Shown piece after piece: positions 21,601 to 29,296 of a DNA stretch of 64,000 nucleotides. Below the pieces are notes generated by a model. It worked only from the letters and a program-made list of their open reading frames with translations. It did not search any database and was not told where the DNA came from. How positions within the stretch are numbered: the stretch's first letter is position 1; every line of letters begins with the position of its first letter. The position numbers and the translations under genes were made by a program. Source of the stretch: a virus; IMG/VR virus record IMGVR_UViG_3300042691_032761. One strand, written 5' to 3'.

Positions 21601-23434
21601 ATTAGAAGGATTTAATAATGGTGGTATGGTATATGCTTCAGAAGGCAAATACATAAATTTCAAACCAAAGGGCACGGACACTGTTCCCGCGATGCTAACT
21701 CCAGGAGAGTTTGTTGTTAATGCTAAAGCCACTAAAGATAATTTATCGACATTGCAAGCTATTAATACTGGATACTATGAAAGAGGTGGAATTGCTGGTG
21801 TTGATCCTAGTCCAAGTAATTTTGCAAGAAGTATTGTTGGCATGAGAGGAGCCAGAATTAACCAATTAGCACAACAGGGTAAATATTATGTTTATGAGGG
21901 TAATACAGCAATATTAGATGATGATAATGGTAGATTTCCTAATAGATATGCGTCTGTTAGCGGAGCCAGAAATATACAAGAAGCAATTGAGCTTGCTAAA
22001 CAGAAATATGAATGGTTCGAAGGAGGCGGATATTCCCTTAAAGAAGCCTCTGCGATTGAAAGAGGACGTATGGGTTCGACAACATTGGCAGATAAAATAA
22101 TAGACGAATTACAAGATCAGATAATTGAGGGTGGTCCAAGATTATTTACCTCAACAGGATTTAATCAAAAAAATAAACAAGATAAAATTAATGAAATTAT
22201 AAAAAAAATAGATGAACAAGGCGCAAATCCTCAAGAATTATATAGGAAAGCCACCAAAAGACAAAATTATTTAAGACAAGTTGAAAATAATACTAGACTT
22301 GGTCTTAATGTAATAGCAGGATCTGATAGAACAATAAATCTCGGAGGAAGAAGAGAACTATTAGCAACAAAGCTTCTAGAATTACAAAGAGATTATGCTC
22401 AAAAAGAATTAAGTCTTATACCTAGAGTTTGGGATGATATAGCCACAATGAAAGGATATCAAGGCTTACCAAGAGATTACACAACATCTTTTAATGCTCT
22501 TAATCCTAGTAGTCTTCCTGGTCCTGAATATTTTAGTTCTGGCGGCATGTCAATGCCTAAAAAATTTGATAAAACAACCGATCCGGCAGATCGTATTTTG
22601 CAAAGAGCTAATGAAGCAAGATTAAACAACTTTTCGAATATATACGAGTCCCTTTTAGTGAAAAAATATGGAAAATCTATCAAGCCATTTCGTAATACTG
22701 ATGTTTTAGAAAATCTAAGACAATATCAAGAATTTGATTCTCTTTCTGATGAAGAACTAAGAAGTCTAGAAACACAACATATACAATCAAAAATAAATAA
22801 ACAATCAAGATTAAATAAATTCAACTCAGGAGGAATAGTATACGCAAACAAAGGAACTTTAGTTCCTTATCAGCCCAAAGGCACAGATACTGTTCCAGCA
22901 ATGTTAACTCCAGGAGAGTTTGTAATAAATAGACAAGCATCTCAAAAACATCTTGGATTATTACAATCTATCAACAATGGTAACTATTCAAGAGGAGGTC
23001 CTGTTTACCTTGCCGAAGGAACACAAGGAACACAAGCGTTTGATGCTAACATGACCTATTTATCGGATATCTTGAAAAAAGGAGCAGATACTCTAAATAC
23101 AGCATTTATAGAAGCTGTTAGAAAATTAAATAATATTGCTGATAATTCTCCTCAAATAAGACAGGGTACATCAAACGGTGTATCTAATAATCAGAGCAAT
23201 CCTTTGGCTAATATAGAAGCATTGGGCAATAGATTAGACCAGTTTATAGAACAACTAAAAAATGCGGTGCCTTCAACAGTAACTCTAGAGGTTCCAACAG
23301 CTATTCCAGTTAATGTTAATATAAATGGAGCAAGCATTCTTAAAGATGTTCTTGGTGGACCAATAGGAAATATCGTACAAAAAGCTATCAAAGATGCATT
23401 TGATGCAAAAAGTAGACAAAATGAAGGGTATTAA
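12653..23434 (+). CDS. Tape measure protein (TP901-family core) with multiple inserted domains
   Basis: The N-terminal ~500 aa have a TP901-type TMP core (DFNRELVRVAQVT...LAQAG...VAAKFAVEASDL...IATGLRTIF), with long Ala/Gln-rich helical regions. Six PAMLxxGEFV repeats; canonical position after the tail tube and chaperone genes. Confidence 0.88.
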   Translation: MSRSFNLTAELNLRGPSNIRPIIADIRRQLTGITANVNVTVNNTTTRNVNNLQQSVTRLNTALTATRGTATNATAALNAFARAAANVNNNIGNIPRNLTRINTGAGATTTTLNQVTRATQQATVGFEDFGRQSALAVRRFAAFATVTSVIYRFSNAVTSATSEFIDFNRELVRVAQVTDSSLSELRPLVSQITNLSTSLGVASKDLIQVSSTLAQAGLSARDTEKALRALALSALAPSFDSLSDTVEGSIALMRQFGISAGDLEDALGSVNSVAAKFAVEASDLITAIQRTGGVFATASKGVSEGKDALNEFLAVFTSIRATTRESAETIATGLRTIFTRIQRADTIDALKAFGVTLTDLEGKFVGPYEAVRRLSEGLSRLDPRDLRFSQIVEELGGFRQIGKVIPLIQQFATAQAALKVAQQGQGSLAKDASTAQQSLANQIAKVREEFTALIRSLGESSTFQTFVRLSLDLASALIRLADSAKTVLPALTAIAAFRGVSALTRFGAGFAGGLRRQNNGGPVRGFARGGIVPGVGSGDTVPAMLEAGEFVIRKKAVEKIGAGNLHKINKYATGGKVKDLLLDKPLLKAKYDTSNIEDLYSFIRIDRSKQNKLSQSREKYRDKAEQIWSQASSAYSSKGSLSGANTLIRRKTGINLPSKLSSKDLNPNNKDSQRLNKIQGSLAEKEVYNKMGNLKQLPTKAGADFTIGGSAINFVEVKNRLEPTSDNDLRGKALLGHQYLSGKQYLNNKLDKTPRLTISLFSSNEGDYKKKNFGGLIQKFALGGKGRALGARSKFKELDASELDKLSTADLIKYAKRQARDIFSTGGAGMAMRSRFIETPANKIIPELEPHLTSYMGKKGFWREEIAPFGRPSKQQAAKASKTGREAALKKQEARQADEVAARAQQWKLIRSGSKIDSYLLSSLKDPILSDYKSAKAGQPLAKAFHDTRLRQAVNQALDNYDDFDYSPAKIDKLVSGMASKRFAIGGSVEDKVPALLTPGEFVINKKAASRIGASRLHQLNRADRIKGFNKGGAVGGIQKLAAGGFPTALTPAMSGLSAKETARLSSAIMNNVDAFNTLEAQVSALPTDQMLKAMRIFASKLEGGATDIDRAATEAATLAQSGGGGSRQSKKARVANSGVTVGPANPTTGIVETRPTTNPAVSGFAASQARINQISANVGQYQAGQDVVSRRDTVLGGTTSGNLSNAGMQRLAQLNQTGGGFAQRGQDYAQRAQVSSQKTYSASSFDPTQIYQGLAKLNQGIATAANGLTSLTTASKTAGSGIMSLGKGALGAVGRGAGGLVSKIGGGALNMVGLGGLASKGAGAAMGGGGGGGMMGMVAMMAAGPLLEAASQSMGGEKTEAGRNTTAVGGAMMNYAAIGATLGSVIPGVGTALGGVVGAAAGLVVGLQDATKANEEYAQSQREAKAATASDKSGKALEAYMAKPGAAQKQAFMSSFAATSEAEAAVKAGTKRQTASSFGKMLGYQDENINDFAARTAKTQTAGADQAKQFLTAEMMRTGKNFGEISKTMSPEQFKTLATNIAEADETYAYFQIQRANEIKKLRDSGRGAEADALQAQTNAEQENLAKNIAERQLAEASAAAQAKAASEASKKLNMVMMQAVMSLEKSFNTMEEVLNRSSFELGQISGKADEIFSGKASLTSSTFAQTNNVLQNPNAYSAKERQNAINSSAARMGPAGALVGRVATFGAQATEEASRRANAVFNGGGDNEAVGNEVTRSLTNNILATFGPNSSMSQTLIDGVKRSVDEAVKTAKENGETLDPNELVEKATGPLNRAAQQAGQLLIKNNENVAKHLEELGKVAERVVEIENRRVERTAALVEMQAQGGISTKEALGQKVSLDERMSARFAGSRARLGIQDQANFTPQNIANMRSQAQREQAALQSQIDRRSKDVGSDPTGRAAREVANLQLKLAKVNSTIEQTNKELEDLPGALEGAISDVTSEIQNRVAKLDAQKQASGAFAEKLVGSTPQELAELGRTFNLLDSTLRGQITTVQQSQVAQQAYIQSIQEGKTAQEAMTDAQAAFANENKKALSLFGELTQIAGIEGPELDLMKADLLENFAKAQGAGLENNPFFQRLLGILRQDPAQRAQNDPVLKALQARMTELREQQVEAVRLQNEADRGIQKQLLEQVGQNIITSLEATQRAFVAAMNDIAMRMGAAPPRPMPARPRSTGGLIYASNGQYVNFQPKGTDTVPAMLTPGEFVVNAKSTKENLGLLMSINNSRGGRISYLADGGMSDISGVSSRTQSAKQEDMARSGLINQRALSNKIDTVKSLSNNINSTTSFTKDNQIPSLDGSIDNNQSINNKQFKSLLIGVDKISKVIENKSSKGLSRGGVVYASSGGYIGNGTPAMLSPGEFVVNQASAKKYGGVLQAINRQDGGGTPFSVPVLDMTKDNKDGVFVRSRYRGPRDKFMSAREAASAGIPYSTGTGFNTTYFGKNTGITKADFDALTKQDEKDFSIFNHPTLVSQGRQAAFTAGLAEGVPVGVASSTAGTAAAAGTGVAATALGVTAPAWLPVALAITAAIGAGYAMSKLARATSNKALAAGGSNVTMDMMQEDYPLSFMAGSTLGDAIGGVGGSKLGSQAFSGTLSKQQEKLLRLKTIKERKEVNAAISEFRERVVARWEDMSELEASAISRMSGRKTDLTGQEIIDSATARLKLLNPKANPDDYLPIDLDTRVIKDPFGDGTIGWHRRKGRKGTPEIRTTDPQDLTVLPHEAIHAMIGENPQIRDLTMDFIIKHEDLIQEWLSKTKMTGYNLDTMKYGTSYRMRQLETKINYTDIPSVIETEKLFARALSGKETASLDFIQNTKGGLEYIDRLLKQQSSRSFFTDESEIIKWVDKKWDRSSLDSLKKTIDDFRNRDKKLYEDIMTHMGPGGYPGVGTKRLPKDLLESLNEIFSPHASRAGPEEFLATLAQDDLTGNAAGQQLQRLVQREIFEKADQIKYKFMGFPERPIVGVPEGLEGFNNGGMVYASEGKYINFKPKGTDTVPAMLTPGEFVVNAKATKDNLSTLQAINTGYYERGGIAGVDPSPSNFARSIVGMRGARINQLAQQGKYYVYEGNTAILDDDNGRFPNRYASVSGARNIQEAIELAKQKYEWFEGGGYSLKEASAIERGRMGSTTLADKIIDELQDQIIEGGPRLFTSTGFNQKNKQDKINEIIKKIDEQGANPQELYRKATKRQNYLRQVENNTRLGLNVIAGSDRTINLGGRRELLATKLLELQRDYAQKELSLIPRVWDDIATMKGYQGLPRDYTTSFNALNPSSLPGPEYFSSGGMSMPKKFDKTTDPADRILQRANEARLNNFSNIYESLLVKKYGKSIKPFRNTDVLENLRQYQEFDSLSDEELRSLETQHIQSKINKQSRLNKFNSGGIVYANKGTLVPYQPKGTDTVPAMLTPGEFVINRQASQKHLGLLQSINNGNYSRGGPVYLAEGTQGTQAFDANMTYLSDILKKGADTLNTAFIEAVRKLNNIADNSPQIRQGTSNGVSNNQSNPLANIEALGNRLDQFIEQLKNAVPSTVTLEVPTAIPVNVNINGASILKDVLGGPIGNIVQKAIKDAFDAKSRQNEGY
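14228..23010 (+). repeat. Six dispersed copies of the (D)TVPAMLTPGEFVVN module within the TMP
   Basis: Copies begin near 14267, 15623, 19289, 19757, 21677 and 22886. They are conserved at protein level with many synonymous differences. Confidence 0.9.
23177..23191 (+). promoter_or_regulatory. Candidate late-promoter motif GGTGTAT
   Basis: GGTGTATCTAATAAT lies in the TMP 3' end, 260 nt before the next gene, and closely resembles GGTGTATTCAATAAT at 5661. Confidence 0.4.
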
Positions 23435-23436
23435 TT

Positions 23437-26211
23437 ATGACAGTATACTATTACGATAATAATCTTGGCAACACAACAAGTAGCGATGGTCTAAATGATC
23501 TTTTGCTTGGAGCAGCTATATCTTATCATACTTCTTTGGAGGCATTATTAGATAAATATGTTCCATATTATTTAAAACATAACTCATTAGAAGAATGGGA
23601 ATATGGTTTAGGCAAAGTGATCAACAGCGAAGGACAAATAATATTAGCCAGAGGAGGCTATGATAGTTCCACAACAATCTACAAGTCTTCCAATTCTAAC
23701 GCTAAAGTATCACTAAGTGCTGGAACAAAAACTGTCACAGCCATTATAAATGCTGAAAGAATCAATCACGGCGGGAATAATTTTACTCTTAAGAATTCTA
23801 ATTTCACCGCGGATACTGTTCAAACAATATATGGTGTGACCGCTAGTGGATCCAATGTAACAGCCTCTCTCCCTTCTGCTTCTGGTAATAAAAATTTAGT
23901 ACTATCTTTTAGATCATTAAATTCATCAACGAATAATGTGATAATAACCCCATCTGGATCACAACTTATTGATGGATCATCATCATTAACTTTAACTCCA
24001 GATACCAAATTTACATCTATAATATCTGATGGATCAGGATGGTATGAACTAAATAATGAAATTCAAGTTGATAGTGCTGGCTTGCCAGCGGGATCTTCTG
24101 GAAATATACAGTTTAAACTTAATTCAGTAGATTTTGGAGCATCAAATAATCTTCATTGGAATGGATCTGGTTTATTAATTGGCGGATCAACCAGTGGTAC
24201 AGCAAACATAATGCTTCCATCTGTATCTGGCCAAAACACAATTATTAATAATCAAGCCTATGATGCGGACTTTCAAGTTAAAGGCACAGGAACTATAAAT
24301 CAATTATATTTTGATGCGTCAACAGGACGATTAGGCATCAACACTAATAATCCCTCTTCTATTTTACATCTTGTTGGTAAATGCGCTAATGAGACATTGA
24401 GATTAGAAACATCAACAGAATGCCCAAGTGGGACAGCTCTAACTCTATATCATAATTCTAGTATCGGCTCTCAAGTTGGAGACTACCCCGCGATTATTAA
24501 TCTTGCTGGAAGAAATAGTAATGGTCAACAAGTAAATTATGCTCAAATTAAGAGTAGAGTTTTAGGTACCTCCATCAATAATACTAGTGGAGAGTTACTA
24601 TTCTATGTTGATTTATCAGGAGTCTCCACAAATATATTATCTGTTCATCCCACAAGAACCAGTATCGGTTTGAATAATCAAAGTAATAATAATAATAACA
24701 TACTAATTGGTAATCAAGTAAATAATAGTGGATATAATAATTTTGTTGCTGGAAATAATGTTACCATAACAGGTTCTGGATCAAATACATCAACCGTAAT
24801 GGGTAATGGAAATATTATAAATGGTAGTAATAACATAGTCGCTGGACACTCTTCTGTTGCTTCTGGCAATAATCTGTATGTTATAGGATCAGATGTGGTT
24901 TATGGATCATCTGGCGTAGTAATAGGCAACAATTCTTCTGTATCAGGAACCTATATAACAGCCGCCGGATATGGTATTTATGCTACTGGAAATTATATTT
25001 CTAGCGTTGGACATAATAATACTGTTATTGGAAATTCTGGAAGCACAATAGGATTAAATAATACAGTTAATCAGCTCTCTACATCTGTTGGTATTGGTTC
25101 TAATGTTTCTGGAGCTTATTCAACATCTGTTGGTTATCTTAATTCAGTTAGTGGAGCAGATGTTAATAACTTAGGAAATATTAATACTATAAATGGAAAT
25201 AATAATATAGTTGTTGGAAATAATATCAGTCTGAGTGGAATTAGTGGCATTATTATAGGTCATAATATTACTTCTACAAATAATAACAATATTGTTATTG
25301 GCATTAATAATCCATCCATAAGCATACTTCCATCTAGTATAGTTGTAAATTCAGGACTAATAGACTCTGTGTCAATTTATGGGGCTTCATCGTCTTCTGG
25401 AATATTTATTACCAAAAGTGGAATTGGACTGAATAAAATTCCATCCTCATATTCATTAGATGTTAGTGGCACAATATCCACAGATTCAATATATACTCAA
25501 AATATAATTATTAATTCAGGATCTTCTCCGGCCCCCGTTTCTGGCGCTATTGCTACATACCAGCCGAATGGTTATGTGTCATTTGTTCCGCCATCTGCTG
25601 TAATTCCAAGTGATACTGCACAGTTATCTTCAGTTATGTCTAGTGGAGCCATGTTGATTTATAATGGATCGAGACTAGTTTCTACTACTGGAGTATATTG
25701 GAATTCTACAAGTGGAGTATATTTTGGTGATTTAAATACAGTATTTCCAACAGGACAAGGCACGGTATTGATAAATAATAATAAAGCATCATTGACAAAT
25801 GCTTTTAATATACTTGGATCTACTAATAATAATTTATTTGTCGTAAATAGCGAATATAATAGAGTTGGCATTAATGTTAGTCCAAGTTATAATTTACATG
25901 TATCAGGAACAACAAGACTTTTTAATAGCACATATTATTTTGTTGAATACAATAATGATCAATTTACAATATCTTACGACACCGGCCCATCGTCCCCTAA
26001 TAGATTTGCTGTAACATCTTCTGGCTTGTATATCAACCAAGGAGCCGGAGAAGGTATTTTACCACAACAAACATATGCTACATCATATCCAACAACCACA
26101 ACAGCAAATAATATTAAAATGACAGTATTTGATACTACTAACAATAAATTAGCTTATGCAGAAACAATTGTGGCCGGATATGGGGCATTTTCAGGAACAT
26201 CAGATACTTAA
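23437..26211 (+). CDS. Tail fibre/adhesin-like protein with YadA-head-like repeats
   Basis: About 14-aa periodic (I/V)GNxNxVxG repeats in the middle; GRLGINTNNPSSILHLVG and RVGINVSPSYNLHVSG shaft motifs. Confidence 0.7.
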   Translation: MTVYYYDNNLGNTTSSDGLNDLLLGAAISYHTSLEALLDKYVPYYLKHNSLEEWEYGLGKVINSEGQIILARGGYDSSTTIYKSSNSNAKVSLSAGTKTVTAIINAERINHGGNNFTLKNSNFTADTVQTIYGVTASGSNVTASLPSASGNKNLVLSFRSLNSSTNNVIITPSGSQLIDGSSSLTLTPDTKFTSIISDGSGWYELNNEIQVDSAGLPAGSSGNIQFKLNSVDFGASNNLHWNGSGLLIGGSTSGTANIMLPSVSGQNTIINNQAYDADFQVKGTGTINQLYFDASTGRLGINTNNPSSILHLVGKCANETLRLETSTECPSGTALTLYHNSSIGSQVGDYPAIINLAGRNSNGQQVNYAQIKSRVLGTSINNTSGELLFYVDLSGVSTNILSVHPTRTSIGLNNQSNNNNNILIGNQVNNSGYNNFVAGNNVTITGSGSNTSTVMGNGNIINGSNNIVAGHSSVASGNNLYVIGSDVVYGSSGVVIGNNSSVSGTYITAAGYGIYATGNYISSVGHNNTVIGNSGSTIGLNNTVNQLSTSVGIGSNVSGAYSTSVGYLNSVSGADVNNLGNINTINGNNNIVVGNNISLSGISGIIIGHNITSTNNNNIVIGINNPSISILPSSIVVNSGLIDSVSIYGASSSSGIFITKSGIGLNKIPSSYSLDVSGTISTDSIYTQNIIINSGSSPAPVSGAIATYQPNGYVSFVPPSAVIPSDTAQLSSVMSSGAMLIYNGSRLVSTTGVYWNSTSGVYFGDLNTVFPTGQGTVLINNNKASLTNAFNILGSTNNNLFVVNSEYNRVGINVSPSYNLHVSGTTRLFNSTYYFVEYNNDQFTISYDTGPSSPNRFAVTSSGLYINQGAGEGILPQQTYATSYPTTTTANNIKMTVFDTTNNKLAYAETIVAGYGAFSGTSDT

Positions 26212-26222
26212 AAGGTTAAAAC

Positions 26223-27515
26223 ATGAGTAAATATTTTCATAGAACAAATCTAAACACAAATACTACTCCATCTGCTGGAGAAATGACAGAAGGCGAAATT
26301 GCTATAAATGCTTCTACTCTGGGTTCTGCATCTAATGGATTTAATAATGGTAGACTATATATTAAACTTAGTAATGGTGAAATTAGAAGATTTATTGGTT
26401 TAGGTTTACCAGGAACATCAGAAGAAGCATTTAAAACCAAATATGGTGGAACCAATAATTCTTTTAGCGGAGCAACTGCCCCGTCTGTTGGCAACTCAAA
26501 GCCATTAATGTATTTTAACTATAATGCTAATGGTAACCATACTATTGATAAGGCCACCAATGACACATTAACATGGAATCCAAGTACAGGAAGATTGAAT
26601 GTTAATAGATCAACAGAAGCTCTGGCCACCCTAGATGTTGGCGGAGATGTAAGGATACAAACTGTGCCAGACTGGACAACAGGATTTGCCGAGTCATTCA
26701 AAATAATTGGCTGGAGTAGTTCAAATCAAAATGTTTATGGTCTGACCTCTACGTCTTTTATGAGCAATCTATCCGATAATTCATTACCTCCTGTAAAAAT
26801 ATCTGGCGCTGTTGGGGTAACAAAGGGAGGTACGGGCGCTGATTTGTCTGCTTTAACTACTCAGGAGGGCAATGTATTCTTTTACAATTCTTCCTCAAGT
26901 AGATTTGATGTGTCAAGCAGTTTAAGATGGGACAACTCATATAATATACTAAAAATATCTGGAACTATTGAGAATGAATGTCCAACAGATAGCACAACAT
27001 CCGCCATACCATTAGGTCTTAATAGTTCTAATAGAATCGTTAAGTTATCATCAGACAATATAAACAATACTTGCTTTAAAAATATACTAGTTAGTGGTGT
27101 TGTTGTAGAAACTTTAGTGGCTGATTCTAATCAAGATACACTAATAATAAAAGCCGGAGATGGTATATCAATAGATGGAAATGCTTCTACAGATACTGTT
27201 ACAATTTCTAATACTTTCGTTCCTGCTGCTATTAGAGTAACATCATTAACTATGACCACTGGCTTAAATTTAAATATTAGTTCTGACAAATATCAATTTT
27301 TGAATCCAGGAGGATCAAATAGAGATGTATTTTTACTGTTTACTGTTTCGGAAGGGTCTGAATTCTTGATTAGAAACACAGACACGACATATAATTTAGA
27401 TGTATACAATGGACCAACAACTTCAGAATTATTGATAACATTGGATTCAAGTTATCCAGCAGCATCTTTTGTTAACGATGGATCTAACTGGAGATTAACG
27501 TTGAAATCAACTTGA
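26223..27515 (+). CDS. Tail fibre-like structural protein
   Basis: TPSAGEMTEGEIAIN...GRLYIK anchor motif; VGVTKGGTGA; LVADSNQDTLIIKAGDGISI. Confidence 0.7.
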   Translation: MSKYFHRTNLNTNTTPSAGEMTEGEIAINASTLGSASNGFNNGRLYIKLSNGEIRRFIGLGLPGTSEEAFKTKYGGTNNSFSGATAPSVGNSKPLMYFNYNANGNHTIDKATNDTLTWNPSTGRLNVNRSTEALATLDVGGDVRIQTVPDWTTGFAESFKIIGWSSSNQNVYGLTSTSFMSNLSDNSLPPVKISGAVGVTKGGTGADLSALTTQEGNVFFYNSSSSRFDVSSSLRWDNSYNILKISGTIENECPTDSTTSAIPLGLNSSNRIVKLSSDNINNTCFKNILVSGVVVETLVADSNQDTLIIKAGDGISIDGNASTDTVTISNTFVPAAIRVTSLTMTTGLNLNISSDKYQFLNPGGSNRDVFLLFTVSEGSEFLIRNTDTTYNLDVYNGPTTSELLITLDSSYPAASFVNDGSNWRLTLKST

Positions 27516-27535
27516 TATAATAATAAGGACTTTAT

Positions 27536-29296
27536 ATGGCTAATTCTGTTAATATAAGATATGGAGGATCTCTTTTTAGCATTCCTCCTGCTTCTGGAAG
27601 AGCTATTCCTCTTGTAACAATAGATACAGTTGCGAATAGAGATATAGATAATAATATTTTATCTTATAAATCTACACTACAGTTAGAAGGTACTATTATT
27701 GGCACAGGACTAAGCCATTGCCTATCCCAATATAGTGGAATAGAAACATACTTTTCTGATCCAGCAAAACAAAATAAAACTTTTGAAATAATTTGTGATG
27801 GATTTCAATTAAGCAGCTACTCTGGAACATACTTTGTTTCTAGCAATGCAGCAAGAAGTGAAAACAATTGGGTTGTGACTCTTCCGTATTCTATTAGTTT
27901 AGAAAGTATATACGCGACAGGAAACAGTGTTATAGAATCATATGATGATAGTTGGACAATAGAGCCTTTGGAAGAGGTTTATTATTTTGATTATACTCCA
28001 AAAACAACATTGTATGAATATAAATCTTCTAGTACTATAGATGTTTCAAAAGCTCCTAGTCAAACAGATTTAGAAACAAAAATTGTAGATATTCCAATGC
28101 GTAACTTTTTACAGTATAGAATTACACACAGACTTAGTGCTGTTGGCAAAGCAATTGACAGATCAAATCCAAATAATCCAAATAATCCAGGGTTAAATAG
28201 TAAAGCATATCATGAGGCTGCTAAATGGGTTAAAGAGAGAGCAGATGTGGCATATGGTCCATTTGTGTCAAGTACTCCGCCAACAGGAATTCAGATATAT
28301 AATAAGCCTTATGGAACAACTGAGAATGGTTTAAGATTATATAATCATATGAGGACAGTAGAATCAAATGTTTCTGCTGGATCGTATGGTATTACAGATA
28401 CTTGGCTTGCTCTTGGAACCGGAGTTAAATATACTGAAGATTTTACATGGGAAATTTCTACAGACGATAAGTTCTTAAAAACAGTTGCTATTAATGGAAC
28501 AATAAAAGGATTAGAAGAAGCTCCAAATGGTTATGTAATTTTTCCTAGTTCTTTAATGACAGGGTATATTTCAGATGAATTTTTACCATCGTTTAAAGAT
28601 CAAACTAAAACAAACAATAAATTTATTAATGCTATTAATGGCTATATGTCTGGAGTCAAACCATATTTATATGAAAGGGCATCAGCCGCTTTATCTTCTG
28701 TGCCTAGTCCAAATGCTCCACAAGGAAGAACATTGCCTGTTAGATGGATTGGTGCTAAAAATATAGTTCCATTAAATATTACGCCATTAACTTATACTGA
28801 AACTTTAAATCCTATTGCTGGTTCCATAAGTTATAATGTGTCTTATAATAATAAGCCGGGGTCATGGTTATCTGGCGTATTGTCGTCAACATTAAATATA
28901 ACGGACAATAGGCAATCAGATGTTGTTGCAGAAACATTCGTTCTTGGTAGGCCATTGGGTCCAATTTTAGAAAAAGTGGGTAATTCAAAATCCGAAAGAA
29001 GAGTGAATCTTGAAGTTTTGTTCCCAGTACCAACAGGATTTAAGTCTAGTCATCCACAATCTCCAGAATGTGTAATCTATAGAGATAGGGCAGAATATAA
29101 ACAAATGAAAGAATTAATGGATGCCTTTAAGCCAATTGGAGCGGCAACTTTTGCGTCACTAGTTCCAACCTCTTCTTATTCATTAGCAGATGTTGGAATA
29201 GTATTTAAAACTAGTGATTCTCAAACCTGGACACCGTTTGAAGGGAGATTTAGTTGGGATATAACATGGGTTTATACCTCCGGATTCTGCTCATAA
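27536..29296 (+). CDS. Putative tail tip / distal tail protein
   Basis: 586-aa beta-rich protein with AAGGA RBS, downstream of the TMP. Confidence 0.5.
   Translation: MANSVNIRYGGSLFSIPPASGRAIPLVTIDTVANRDIDNNILSYKSTLQLEGTIIGTGLSHCLSQYSGIETYFSDPAKQNKTFEIICDGFQLSSYSGTYFVSSNAARSENNWVVTLPYSISLESIYATGNSVIESYDDSWTIEPLEEVYYFDYTPKTTLYEYKSSSTIDVSKAPSQTDLETKIVDIPMRNFLQYRITHRLSAVGKAIDRSNPNNPNNPGLNSKAYHEAAKWVKERADVAYGPFVSSTPPTGIQIYNKPYGTTENGLRLYNHMRTVESNVSAGSYGITDTWLALGTGVKYTEDFTWEISTDDKFLKTVAINGTIKGLEEAPNGYVIFPSSLMTGYISDEFLPSFKDQTKTNNKFINAINGYMSGVKPYLYERASAALSSVPSPNAPQGRTLPVRWIGAKNIVPLNITPLTYTETLNPIAGSISYNVSYNNKPGSWLSGVLSSTLNITDNRQSDVVAETFVLGRPLGPILEKVGNSKSERRVNLEVLFPVPTGFKSSHPQSPECVIYRDRAEYKQMKELMDAFKPIGAATFASLVPTSSYSLADVGIVFKTSDSQTWTPFEGRFSWDITWVYTSGFCS

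Noticed and set aside
14041-23391. Short alternate-frame and antisense ORFs inside the TMP and other long genes
   Set aside because: They lie entirely within long, well-supported genes and have no recognisable motifs; such ORFs are expected by chance.
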